64,000 nt of DNA from contig JAHBMJ010000333.1 of NCBI GenBank assembly GCA_018398765.1, forward strand, positions 62,001 to 126,000, read 5' to 3'. Within the stretch, counting starts at the first letter, position 1. Each line of letters begins with the position of its first letter. Position numbers and translations under genes: made by a program. Origin of the DNA: Chromera velia. Taxonomy: Eukaryota. This document shows, piece after piece, positions 38,284 through 50,258 of this stretch. The notes below the pieces were generated by a model, which was not told where the DNA came from, did no database searches, and worked only from the letters and a program-made list of their open reading frames with translations.

Positions 38284-39110
38284 CTAGGCGACGCACAGTG
38301 GTAAAAAAAAAAAAAGAATTGAAAACGTCTATTCTTTTTTAAAAAAAAAAAAAAAATGTTGTATATGTAAAAAAAATAAAGGTTAAATGACTAGCTTCAA
38401 CTAGAGTTTGAATCATATCTAGGATCCCAGTTTCACTTTTAGCTTGGTAGACGCTTAAAAGGATTAACCAAAACTAGTTTTGACTAGAGCTTCGAAATGT
38501 ACTAGTATATCGTCCTAGATATCGTCAAAGAGCCAGTTAAAGAACTTCTCCTCTGTCTGCTCTTCTGTCTGCATCCATGCATCCATCCTTCTTATCACTC
38601 TTTACATAGAACTATTGTCAATGTGTTCAACCAAGAGCATGAGTTGATACCGCGTGGGGATAATACTGAAGTGGCTGCAGAATTTACGAGAAAGAAAGGG
38701 CGGATGCAAGTCAATGTGAATGGAAATTTGGAAAACAAGAAGACATGGTTAGTTTTTTTAACAGACACAGCAAAGAAAAGAGAAAAAAGTCTGGTGACAG
38801 TGCAGTTAAACAAGGGAAAAAAGATCGGTTGGTCCGTGTTCAACAAAGTCGATGATGGAATGGTGAAGGCACTAGTAGAGACACTAGTAGACACAAACAT
38901 ACAATAACAACTAGGACCAGAACTAGGGTTGAAAGATGTTTAAAATTTGAGTTGAGTAATAAGCTCACAAGGAAGTTAGTTTAAAAGTACTTCTAAAAGG
39001 TGCTCCTCTAGATGCTCCTAAAGGTGCTCTAGGAAATCTTTCATAGAAAAAAAGAAAAAAAAAAATCTGGAAAGGTCTATTTTTTTTTTTTACTACTGTG
39101 CATCGCCTAG
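38284..39110. mobile_element. CTAG-bounded TIR element (~820 bp)
   Basis: CTAGGCGACGCACAGTGGT(A)n ... (T)nACTACTGTGCATCGCCTAG. Confidence 0.85.
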
Positions 39111-39130
39111 ACTTGCTTCCTTCTTTTTAC

Positions 39131-39819
39131 CTAGGCGTCGGCTAAAGAAAAAAAAAAAATGATCAGAGGAGATCTTTTTTTTTTCTTTCTTTCTATTTTA
39201 CTTTTTTACCTTCAACTACCCTGCAAGGACCTAAGAATTTAGACAGGGATTTAGAGGAATTTAGACAGGAATTTAGAGGAATTTAGCTAGGAATCTAAAG
39301 GAATTTAAAGATAAGAATTTAGAGGAAATTCTGAGGAATTTAGCAATTTTTGGAGGCCGATTTCTCGTAAACTATGATGAGTTAGAACTTGATATTAATC
39401 CTGCTTATAGATCTATATTAAAACTATAAATACCATTAAAATTCGGCGTTAATATCAAGTTTTAACTCACCATAGTTCACAAAAAATTGAACTCTAAAGT
39501 TTAGGAATTTGGAGGTCTAAATTCCTTCAGATTCCTGTCTAAATTCCTTCAGATTCCTGTCTAAATTCCTTTAAATTCCTCTAAATTCCTGTTTAAATTC
39601 CTCTAAATTCCTGTCTAAATTCTTCTAAACTCCTGTCTAAATTCTTAGGTCTTTGCAGGGAACACCTAAAAACAATTGTGCACTAGATGGTGCAACACAT
39701 GAACAACACCTATGCAACACTTGAACAACAATTGTTTGACTGAAAAGGAAAAAAAAAAAAAAGTAAAGGGCCGGTTTAGGAGGATCTTTTTTTTTTTTTT
39801 TTTTTTAGCCGACGCCGAG
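39131..39819. mobile_element. CTAG-bounded MITE (same family as 50984-51324) carrying a nested foldback element
   Basis: CTAGGCGTCGGCTAAAG(A)n ... (T)nAGCCGACGCCGAG. It shares GTGCAACACATGAACAACAC and the 3' end with 50984-51324. Confidence 0.85.
39219..39660. mobile_element. Foldback MITE (near-complete palindrome)
   Basis: CCCTGCAAGGACCTAAGAATTTAGACAGG ... CCTGTCTAAATTCTTAGGTCTTTGCAGGG, with GGAATTTAGA subrepeats and inner arms GTAAACTATGATGAGTTAGAACTTGATATTAA / TTAATATCAAGTTTTAACTCACCATAGTTCAC. The terminus resembles that of the 12162 element. Confidence 0.88.
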
Positions 39820-40728
39820 CTTTTTATCTTTCTTTTATATTTTTTTTTGTTCTTTTGTTCCTTCTTTCTATCCATTCATTCATCCGGGGCAGCGCACTAA
39901 AGATTTTTGGTAACTTAATTATATTACAGGGTGGACCCCCCCCCCCNCCCCCCCCCCCCGGGCCCCTTTTGACTGTTTAATTTGGTAACCCCCCTCGATC
40001 CCACCCTAAAGAGTAGAAGGTATACGTCTCCTAAAGGGTGGAAGGTATAGGCCATTACCCTTGCCGGTTCCTAGGGTACAGCACTCTAGGATGGTTACTA
40101 TTTTTTTTTAGTAATTTTAGTACCCCCCCCCCCGTATATATAGATCACCTAGCACTTTAAAAGTGGTGCCAATTGATTGTTTAGCTTAAGTTACTTCTAA
40201 AAACATCTCAAAAAGGTTGAAACACTTTATGGTTTTTGAACAATTGCATAATTTTGATATGTCGCTTCAATATTTGATAAAAAGGCCTCTAACTAAGTAA
40301 CCCGTAACCATTTTTGACCCCTAATAAAAAGTGAGTAACCATCCACTATAAGGTCTTTAAATATATTTTAAACAACTTTTAAACACTTTTTAAGATGGAC
40401 TTTGAATGATGGTTACTGACCCAAAATGACCTCTAACTAAATAACCCGTAACATCACGAAGCGACATGTATTTAACGCCTGTAACCTACTCTAACCTATA
40501 ACATAACGAATAACTCACACCAAAATTTTGTGTTTTTTGGAAGTAATTCGTCAAGCCGCACCTGAAAGATATTTTGTTACTAAAAAAGTAAATGAAATTT
40601 TTATTTTTTTTTGTCATATCAGCTCCAAAATCTAGCATATACACCAGAAGTGCTGCCCCCTAGGCCGGTCCCTTAGGGTGACATAAATTGTAACGCCCCT
40701 CCCCCCACGCCTAACGTAACTGAGTTAC

Positions 40729-41015
40729 TGTTATAAGTATTACTACAAACGAATAACGAGGCTTATAAACTTAAGACAGAGAAATCTGCCAGTTCAGTCT
40801 TAGTCTGTTCACTTCATGTATTGAAGACTCACACAACAATCTGGCTGTGACGTTATCAAACAACACTGCCACATGATAGCATGCAGCCTTTCCAATTTTA
40901 GTGGCAGCTAGACATAGGGCGGTCCCGTGACTGGACCTTGAGGCCGGGCTGCGTGCACTATGTGTTATCCACGAAAAGTGCGTCCGTGCCACCACTACTT
41001 CATACAAGTGCTACA
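40729..41015 (-). repeat. 3' LTR (287 bp)
   Basis: Direct repeat of 46701-46978 with TG...CA termini. Confidence 0.96.
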
Positions 41016-41559
41016 AACGTCCGCCCCCAAGAGACGTATACCCACACACGTTCATTAAAGTGGACACCTCTCTTTGAAGGCCATGTCAAGTCGGTCATTC
41101 ACCTCGCCTCAATCAGTCAGTCTGACTCGATCCAATCCAGGGACCTCGAGAAAAGAGCGAAAAGAGATATGTCATTTGATCAACCGATCGATCGCAAACA
41201 CATCAATCCATACAATGTTCGATCGATTCATGTGCAACAAAAGCATGATACACGAAGATACTGGCATGCAACACGCACGCTTTCTTTACAGTCCGGACTT
41301 GAATGCACTTCTTTTCAATCTGCCCCATCTTACTCTTCTTATTTTGCTCCCCATCTCTCCATTTTCCCTTCATGGACTTATGCATACATTGCACACCATA
41401 CGCAGAGAATTAGATGAAGGGAAGAAAAAAAACGGAAGAAGATCAAAGACATTCAGAGCAGAGAACGTCACACAGTGTGTTGTCTGCTCAACACACACAA
41501 AACGCTTTTCTCTTTCTTTTCTCCTTCTGCCCCTTTTCAAACACAGACTGTCACTTCCT

Positions 41560-44500
41560 TGTTTGCTTCTTCTTGAAGTCCTGGATAGCAGCTTATGCCC
41601 TCTTAAGATTTGCTGCTGGCTCCCAAGACGTGTTCTCCTCTGTATCTCCTTTTCAGTGCACTAAGTAGTAAACCTGTTGCCCCTCTCGTCTCTTGTCGAT
41701 CACCTTTTCCACTTCATACTCCTTCTCCTCAAAACTTGGCAAACACACAGATAGCGGGCTCCGCTCTCCCTCCCTGAACTCATATCGCTTCAGGAAGGAG
41801 ACGTGCAGGACTGGATGTCTTCGAATTACTTTAGGGAAGACGAGCTCATGCGCCATTTCTCCCACTCTGTGCTCAATCTTAAACGGTCCGTAAAACACGG
41901 CCGCCAACTTTCTTTTTTCCCCCCCTAGAAGTTTTTCCCCCTGGAAAAATTTCCAGTACACAAGCACCCAATCTCTCTTCTTGAAGATTTCCTCTCTCCT
42001 CCTCAGATTTGTAAGTCGGGCTACTCTCTCTGTGGCTTGATTCAGTCGGTCTTTCACCTCCTGAAGGATCGCTGTCCTGTCCTTCCACATATCACTTGCC
42101 TGCTTCGATGCATGATGGGGATTTAGGAGAGCTGGGAAAGTTTGAAGCTGTCTGTGGCCACCCCCACAGGCTATTTGATAAGGAGCATGACCAAGCAAAG
42201 GGTGTACGCTCGTTCTGTAGGCAAACTGCATCTCCTTCAGCTGTTCTACCCAGTCTTCCTGATGATCTACCACAAAACACCAAAGCATCTGCTTAATCGT
42301 TCTGTTGTCTCTCTCCGTTTCAAAATTGGCCATCTGTCTTTGGGTGTGCAGAGGTAGAAAAGAGAAGCTTCGTGTCTGCGAGAAAGTGGAGTGTCTACCA
42401 GAAAGCAGAAAGAAAATGCGAGTCTCGATCAGAGACGATTGACTTCGGAAGTCCGTGCTCGCATACCATTTCATCGTAGAACAGCTTCGCTATCTCCACT
42501 GCACCCGCTTCTTTCCTGGTAGGCAAGAACCACACGTACTTGCTGAGTCGGCAAACAACTGTCAGGATGGCATCCATTGTCATCCCTCTGAAGTCCATCG
42601 GAGGAAGAACAGTGATCCAATCCATCAACAAGTCGTCAAACACATCGTTTAGAACCGGGAGAGGTTGCAAAAGACCAGCAGGCTTCTGATTTGAATGCTT
42701 GCTCTGCTGACAGGAGTCACATGACCTCACGTACTTCTGAACAGAAGCCAGCATGTGCAGCCAAAAGAACTTCTCAATCAGTCGAGCGTGTGTTTTGTCG
42801 ACCCCCAAATGCCTACACAGTCGGCTGTCATGATGTTCCCGAATCATCTTCCTCTGGAGCTCTTTTGTTAGAATTGTGAGACGCTCACCCCAGTACAGAA
42901 GTCCATTCCGCAAACTGAAGTGTGCAAGTCGCATGTGAAGGTGTGCATGGTGTGGGAGGGTGGGAGGGTCTCGGGTCTGACAAAAAGGGCACGAGCTCCA
43001 AAAAGAAAGAATTCTAAGCATACGCTGACCTGATGTGCGACAAAATTTCTTCATATGGTATCACTTCCACCATCATTCTGACTGTTTCTCCTTCACTTTC
43101 TTTTTCTATCTTAGACCTCACAGGTCGTTGAGAAAGAGCATCAGCCATGACATTCTTCACCGTTCTTCACACCTAGAAGACAGTGAAGTGCGATGCTAAG
43201 ACCATCAAAAAAAAGAATCAATCTCCTCAATCGGTCAGGTACACTCATCAACACTGTTCTTGAGTTGATTGTCTTCAGGCTCTCATGGTCTGACCAAACC
43301 TTGGTAGTGTGACTGATATAAGGGCAAAATGCCTTCACACCAAAGACCACTGCCAGAAGCTCCTTCTCTTGGATCGAATACTTGAGTTCAGCAGCTGTAA
43401 GCTTCCGAGAAGCACAGGAGACAACGCACAGTCCCGCGCTGCTCTCGGATCTTCCTGTATCAAAACAGCTACCAAAGTCGTCCCAGTGGCATCTGTGAAC
43501 AACTCAAAGGGACGAAGAGGATCAGGCACGTAGAGGGTAATCACGTCAGCCACCCTCTTTTTCAGCAGAACAAACGTTGTCTGCTGAGGATCCGTCCACT
43601 CAAACTGAATGTCTTTTTTCAGCAGAATGGTAAAAGGAGCCAAAATCGCACTGTATCCAAAAACAAAGCGTCAGAACCAGTTGCAGAGCCCAAGAAATAC
43701 TCTCAACTCATGCTTGTCTCGAGGGATAGGCCACTTCTGCATTTTGTTTATTTTTTCCTTCTCTGGCCTCACTCCGTTCTACGATACCTAATGTACACCA
43801 TCTGCGGCACAAAAAAATTGCACTTCACAATCTTTGCGTAGTACTTGTGCTTCCTCAACTGAGAGAGAACGTCAGTCAGGTCTCTCTCGTGTTCCTTTTC
43901 GTTGCGCGAGTAGACCAAAATGTCGTCGATCCAAGCGAAAGCGCACCTGTTAAGCAACGGACGAAGAACAACCTGCACTGCCCGCTGGCTTGTCGACGGA
44001 GTGTTGCATATCCCGAAGTTCATCACAAGCCACTCGAAGTTTCCATACCGAGTGGTGAAGGCAGTTTTCGGAATGTTCGCCTCTCGCACTCAAATCTGAT
44101 GAAAGAATTGTTAAAGGTCGAGTCAAGAGAAGATGCGCGCTCCATGAATTCGATCAAGCAGCTCCTCTGCAAACGGCAATGCATGCTTATCTTTGATTGT
44201 CAGAGAGTTTAGGGCTCTGTAGTCAATACACATTCGTAGAGTCCCATCTCTCTTGGCAACAAAGAAAGCAGGAGCAGCATATGGAAAAACGGAGGGTCGA
44301 ATGAATCCTTTCTTGAGATAATCATCCAGCTGTCTCCTCATTTCATCCAACTCTCCATAACTGAGACGATAGGGTGGGCAGGCGGGTGGAGCATGCCCCG
44401 GCTCGAGATTTATTATGAATTCAATGGACCTTTTAGGACGCAGCTCCAGGGTTTCGTTCAGGAAGACATCTCTGAATTGTGAAAGTACCCGTCTTGCTAC

Positions 44501-46615
44501 AAAGTATGGAGATAAATCCTTTATCACCTTCTCATACGCCCTGTAGTTGTTCTCCTCAGCTGTGGTCTGAGAATTCACACGCTCTGGAACTGATTTGACA
44601 GGGGCCTGAAGGCTGAAAAAAAGCTTCATTCGGGTCCTTGCATGCCATAAAGAGGGAGTGATGATTCTCAAACACCCTTCCAAGCAAACGCTCTTCCAAC
44701 TCATCAAAATCTGTCTCCTGTTGCTCCTTAAGGAAAAGACACTGCTCTTCAGAGAAAACATACGGATTAGAGGGAAGGGGACGAGGCACAAGCCTGAAGA
44801 TGTGCACCATGGCACCTCGTTGAATTGCTCGTTCAGCTCCCCTGGCAGAAATAGGAGGAGGCATGAACCCACTATATGGATCTTGAAAGTTCCCCTCCAG
44901 TCCCCCAAAGTATAAATAACTGACCTCTGTAGGGAAAAGTCACACTCTTCTCTTTCTAGTTGATCTAAGGGTTATGGGCCTCTAACCACTTCATACCAAG
45001 GAAGATGTCATATTCGTTGTTAAGCTTAGTGAGGATGAACTTCATCTCCTCTTCGTAACCCTGAATGCTTAGCTTGAGTGGAGCTGTGCACTCTATCACC
45101 TGACAGAACGTTTCCTTTCCATCCACCTTCACTGCTCCTTTGCACCCTCTTGGATGTTTTAGGGGCTTGACCGGGAAGTGCCGGGTGTGGCAGAAGTCTG
45201 AAGAGATGAAGAGTTTATATACCCTGCTGTCCAGTAAAACTCTCACCAACGTCCCCTCCAACATCCCCTGAAACCGAATCATTCTCGGCCGAGGCGTCTG
45301 AATTTTATCAACTGCCTTCACAGTAGTGATTACATAGGGCATATCAAGATCCTCTCTTTCAACCACCTGCAGTGAGGGATGATTCGGGGGAAAGGGCATA
45401 TTGTACGCAGGAGCATTCTCATAGCTGCCCTCATCAGGGTAAATGAAGGAAGTACATTGTCTGCCTCCTCTGCCTCCTGATGGTGGAGCAGAATGAGAAC
45501 CCTGTGACTGCATCTGCGATCGGCCACCACCTGTACGACCCTCTGGCCACCACATCATACTCTGATTCCCCCCAAATCCCCGCTGCTGACCTGTGTATGG
45601 ATATGCTCCTTGCATGGGTGGGCTCTGTGATGGACCTCTATTGGCCGAGAACGACTTACGGAGAGGGAATGAACCAGGAGAGCTAGCCAGGAGAGCCCCT
45701 CCTCCCTCTGTTTGCAAAATTTCTCATTTCTGAAACAGCGGTCGGCTCTGTGTCCAGTCTTTTTGCAAATAAAACATCTCTTTTCATCTAAAAGACACCT
45801 CCTCTCTGCTGGAGAGATGTTGTATAGACGACAGACATCGGTTATTTTAATATCTCCTCCGTTCCCTTCACCCTTGCCTTTCTCTTTATGTGGGTTGGGG
45901 TGGGACTCTCCCTTACAAATCACTCCATTTTCTTCCATTCCTTCAGCTAGACAGGCGGCTTCTATCGCTTCTTGCAGCGTCTTTGGCTTCGCTTTACTGA
46001 GTCAGACCTCCTGTTGTCAGGCTGCTGAATCTTTGCGGACAAAGACTTCTTGTAGTGAAACAACACCTCCGCAGTCGTCGTCTCCATCAGCTATGCCGCA
46101 GCGTGCAGGAAATCATCGGAGTAAGTCTCAATACCTTTTAAAGGAAAAAATTTCACTGCATACAGTTCCTTCCTCAAAATTTCCTGCTCCTTCGGGTTTA
46201 CACACTTTTTCCTCAGTATCACAAACAAATCGTTGAGCGTGTTGACGATAATCCCTTGTTTTTCTTCCAAATCCTCAATATAGTTCTGTTTGACGTCGTT
46301 AAGATAGTTGATCACCATATCTAACTGCCTCTCCACAGGCGTTCCGGTCAACCTGAAGTACCTCTTCACCTTGCAAATCCACGAAGTGAGGTGCTTGCGT
46401 TTAATATCGAAGACGTTGGGCTTGTTCACGGTGACAGCTTAAGGAAGAGGGACTCCAACTTTACCACCTGGCACAAGATCCTCCGAAGGATGAACGCAAT
46501 CCTCCATTGGACCATCCTGTGGTGTAGAGGAAGGGGCACTTCTCTGCTTCACAAACGCTGACAGGCTGTGTACTTCTTGCTCAAGTATGTCCAACCTTTG
46601 GAGTGGGTCAGTCAT
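41560..46615 (-). pseudogene. gag-pol pseudogene of the chromovirus
   Basis: ORF fragments 46091-46429, 45555-45938, 44965-45717, 44123-44908, 43769-44089, 43335-43643, 42395-43054 and 41653-42474, separated by nonsense codons and frameshifts. Confidence 0.95.
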
Positions 46616-46700
46616 GACTGTTGTTCCGACTAAACAACACGTTGATTTTGATAGAAACTCTATACATAGCCATTGGTCTCAACCACGCTTCTGCTACCTT

Positions 46701-46978
46701 TGTTATAGGTATTACTACAAACGAATAACGAGGCTTATAAACTTAAGATAGAGAAATCTGCCAGTTCAGTCTTAGTCTGTTCACTTTGTGTATTAAAGAT
46801 TCACACAACAATCTGACTGTGACATTATCAAACAAAACTACTACATGACAGTATGCAGTCTTTCCAATTTTAGTGGCAGCTAGGCATAAGGCAGTCCCGT
46901 GACTGGGCCTTGAAGCTGGGCCGCGCGCACTACGTGCTTTCCGCGTCCGCACCGCCACTATTTCATACAAGTGCTACA
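46701..46978 (-). repeat. 5' LTR (278 bp)
   Basis: Direct repeat of 40729-41015 with a 9-bp indel; adjacent to the PBS. Confidence 0.96.
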
Positions 46979-47843
46979 GTTACCAAAAATTTTTAGTACG
47001 TTACCCCTCTTTACTATCCCTCGTCCTTTCATCCGCTTCCATCCTTCTTTTGGTGAATCATTCTGAATCACTCTATTTAGTACTCTATCATTACCGCCTC
47101 ACTCTGCCGCGCGGTCTTCCCCTTTCTCTTCATTTTTTTTTTCTCCGCAGCACCACGGCATTTGCAGATAAACACTGCGGTGTCTAAAAAGCCTGTTTGC
47201 GTATACAATATATTTATTCTGACGTAGCAAACTTTTTAGTCTTGTGAACCTCATTTTTGTTTGAAAATCAACTTCACTTAAGTCGTATGACAATTGCTGC
47301 ATAACAATTGTTGGATGAACGCTTTGTGCGTTCCCCGGCTCTCTGCGACGTAGTCTTGCAAAAAGAGGAACATGAAAAAGCATTCCGGCATGCAGTGCTC
47401 AGACTGACATGACGCCTCGATCATCGAAGGATAATATTAATAAAGGATGAGAACTTTTGTTTGTGCCCCCCTTTCGACGCCGGACTCGACTACGGGAGCA
47501 CCCACCACGATACGTCGGCGCGCAGTGCGCGCCCATATGCATGCATGCATGCCGGCCGTCAATCACGGTCAGGCAATCGATCGACCGATCGACCGTCTGC
47601 ATGCATATATGCAAAGATGGACACACGGACAGATCGGAACTTCCATACCCGCACAACAATGGCACTCTTGGCTGCCCTTGTTCCTCAAACAGTCACACAC
47701 AAGAGCAAAAGACGTGCATTGACAAGCCGAAAATCTGAAATTGCAACCCAAATCCGAAACTCTGAAAACTGCCAGACAGCTATATATATAGAAAGCTTAA
47801 AGGACCAGTTTGCGAATCAACAGAACACTATCGACAGATCAGC

Positions 47844-49461
47844 ATGATCAAGCAGGCAGCGTATCTCTTTACATGCCTTCTTTTGATTGTCGGTGTCAGT
47901 AGCATCGGTTCCACTGATGATCAAAGCAAGTCTAACCAAAGCTTGCAAACGGGTGGTGGCCAGAAGCGAAAGATGAGACCCGGTGGACTTAAACTGAAAG
48001 CCGTTGCCACCCTCAGCGACGTACAAAAGTTCTGCTCTGACAACTTCACGTACCAATGGTTCCTCACAAATCTTCCTTCGCCATCTGAAGACCATGACTA
48101 CTGGACAGCCATGCGCGGAGGGGCAGAGAAGGACCCTTACGTTGACAAGGACAAGAAGATGGTGATCTTCACATCAACCGGACTTCTCTACTCGAAGGTC
48201 TACCCCGAGATGCTCAACCACGCAAAGATTTTGAAGGCATACATGAGGCAGCCTGAAGGAGTCACATCTGCCTTTGGAATTCCATTGGTGAGCTTTCTTT
48301 TTTGTTTCGCCTTTTTCTCCTGTCTTTCCTTTCATTTCCTTCCCGTGCCTTTCGGCTGAGTGTTCCTTACTTTGCTTGGTTGGCCCTCGTTTTATGATTT
48401 GTCTTCTCTCGGTGCGATGCGTTTACATGTATACGAGCGTCTTTTGTGTGTATGAGTAAATCAACCTGCAGATACCATTAGGCACGCGAAGCGTGCGTGC
48501 AGTCATGTGACACGAAAGACGAAAATTGTAGGAACTTAGAGGGTGCAGTGTGAAGAACGATAAACAGGCACAAGGGCATCTTGTAAGTGTCTAAGTGCAT
48601 GTATGTATATGCATACATATGTATATATACACACATACATATGTATTCTTTCCTGCAGCTGTACGTAGTAAACGGTCTGTACTACGCTGAGGACTACGTC
48701 GATTGCGAGTCCCGCTCTGTGAACGCCAGGGAGGAGACTGATGGAGACTTTTTCGGGTGAGCGCGGGGGGGGATGGGACTTTGTGACAGATGATTCGCAT
48801 AATCGAGACGCCAATTTGAATCCATGGCTGTCTGTACGCGCTGTCTGGAACCTCTTCATATCTTTGTCTGTCAGGGTAGAATGTACTACTAGAGGTTGAG
48901 GGATGATGTTTCAGTTCTATCTGTATATATGTAGATGTACCGTGATTCTGCAAAGGACGATTTGAAAGACCTGGCGTGCACATGAGAAAACATTGGGCTC
49001 ACGTCTGTGAGTGTGTGTGTGTCTACGTGGGTCTCTGTGTGCACGCCTGCTCATCGGTTCCTTACTTTGCTTTGCGTTTGAATTTGCGCGCCGTTGCTGT
49101 AGAAGGCAGGGCTGAAAGAAAAAGAGGAAAAGATGTACAAATGTCGTTCCAGGTCTATTGTGCATGCTGTAATGCACCACACACACTAGACATGAGTGCA
49201 CATTCTTTTGTATGCAATTTTCAACGTGCACAAGTGCATGACTGATCGATCGAAAAAACGGATTGAAACGGTCATTACAAATGGTCGAAGAGATTGGAAC
49301 GAAAAAGATTGTCCCTCACGTTTGCGCGCTTGCACGGAACAATCATTGCATGCAGCTTCATGGACAGCATCGGCTTCACGACCCAGGACGTGGAGGTCTG
49401 CGCTGACAAAAAAACGAACAAGAAATTTTACTTCGACTTCGGCCAGGTGAGGGCCAAATGA
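47844..49461 (+). CDS. Small secreted protein (~216 aa, 3 exons), possibly an atypical kinase-like fold
   Basis: Signal-peptide-like N-terminus MIKQAAYLFTCLLLIVGVSS. Exons 47844-48287, 48659-48756 and 49356-49461 join in phase across GTGAG...TGCAG introns. Ends QDVEVCADKKTNKKFYFDFGQVRAK*. A further splice at 49447 cannot be excluded. Confidence 0.75.
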
Positions 49462-50258
49462 AGAGAAGAGGCACTGGACGGACAAACGAAGCTGCCAAGC
49501 CGTTCAAGGGCGTCTGGGTTTCCTTTTGACAAGAGATTGTCTGCTTGATCTTAAAGAGAAGTGAAGGCGACACACGCACATTGAATTCAAACAAAAACAC
49601 ATCGGCACGGAGTTTGCGCATTGCACATACACAAACGCGCATAAGTAAAAGCCGAAGCAACCGATGGGTGCGTGTCCCTTCCTCGGCGAGTGTCCCACAA
49701 CACAACGTACACCTCAGCAAAATGGAGCATCCTTTACGGAATCCAACTTTGTGCTGCCCTGAGCACCCCTTCGTTTGAAAACTGTCCTCTACAACGTCTT
49801 TAACTCAATTGACTGACCAGATTCCTGGCTGGATCGCTTGCTTCCCTAGTTGCTTCCAGTCTGAGGCAATGTCATACCAGTGTCATGCATTACAATTAGG
49901 CCTCAAGGCAAGCTTAATTCTGGTGGTTGAGACCACGGCCGAGATTTTATCTCAAACATACCCCTGCAACTGAACACCCAAAAAAGCGACCCAATTAAAC
50001 GCCCAATACACTACAGTCTATGCATACTACAACTGCTAAGGTTGTAGGCCTAAACACTATGTAATTAATCCTGTCCTAGATCCTGTTTAGAATCCTGTCT
50101 GTGAATGACACTGAATGTCACTAGCTTGGAAAATTGATTGAATTAATTTTGTACTAAATTTGATGCTATAGATGCTAGCATAAATATGTTATATATATTG
50201 TCTAAGTTATTAAAAATTGAAATTAATTCTAGAATTAATATACAGAAATTAATTAATT

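Larger units (their letters stand above)
40729..46978 (-). mobile_element. Full-length, inactivated Ty3/Gypsy chromovirus LTR retrotransposon
   Basis: TG...CA LTRs at 46701-46978 (5') and 40729-41015 (3'), a perfect GTTAC TSD (40724-40728 and 46979-46983) and a tRNA-iMet-like PBS (46681-46698). Domain order is gag with zinc knuckle CFICKKTGHRADRC, protease LLDS(R), RT (LRMCIDYRALN, KTAFTTRYGNFEW, WIDDILVYS), RNase H (LFTDAT), integrase (HHCC, PKSIVSDRD, FYGPF) and chromodomain. Many stops and frameshifts. Confidence 0.97.
39886..47007. mobile_element. ~870-bp GGGG-terminated TIR element (PIF/Harbinger-like) split by the Gypsy insertion inside its right TIR
   Basis: The left end GGGGCAGCGCACTAAAGATTTTTGGTAACTTAATTATATTA matches the reverse complement of the right end reconstructed across the insertion (GGGGTAACGTACTAAAAATTTTTGGTAACTCAGTTACGTTA). 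GTAAC subterminal motifs; flanks TCC/TCT. The superfamily call is tentative. Confidence 0.78.

Noticed and set aside
38294..38300. CACAGTG heptamer suggesting an RSS/Transib end
   Set aside because: It is internal to the TIR rather than terminal, with no nonamer and no 5-bp TSD.
38623..38907. 94-aa ORF inside the TIR element as a transposase or cargo
   Set aside because: No DDE or HTH motif recognised; too short to call.
39925..39960. TACAGGGTG Tc1/mariner-like terminus and poly-C run
   Set aside because: No matching CACCCTGTA end nearby. The poly-C contains an N at 39947, so local sequence quality is doubtful.
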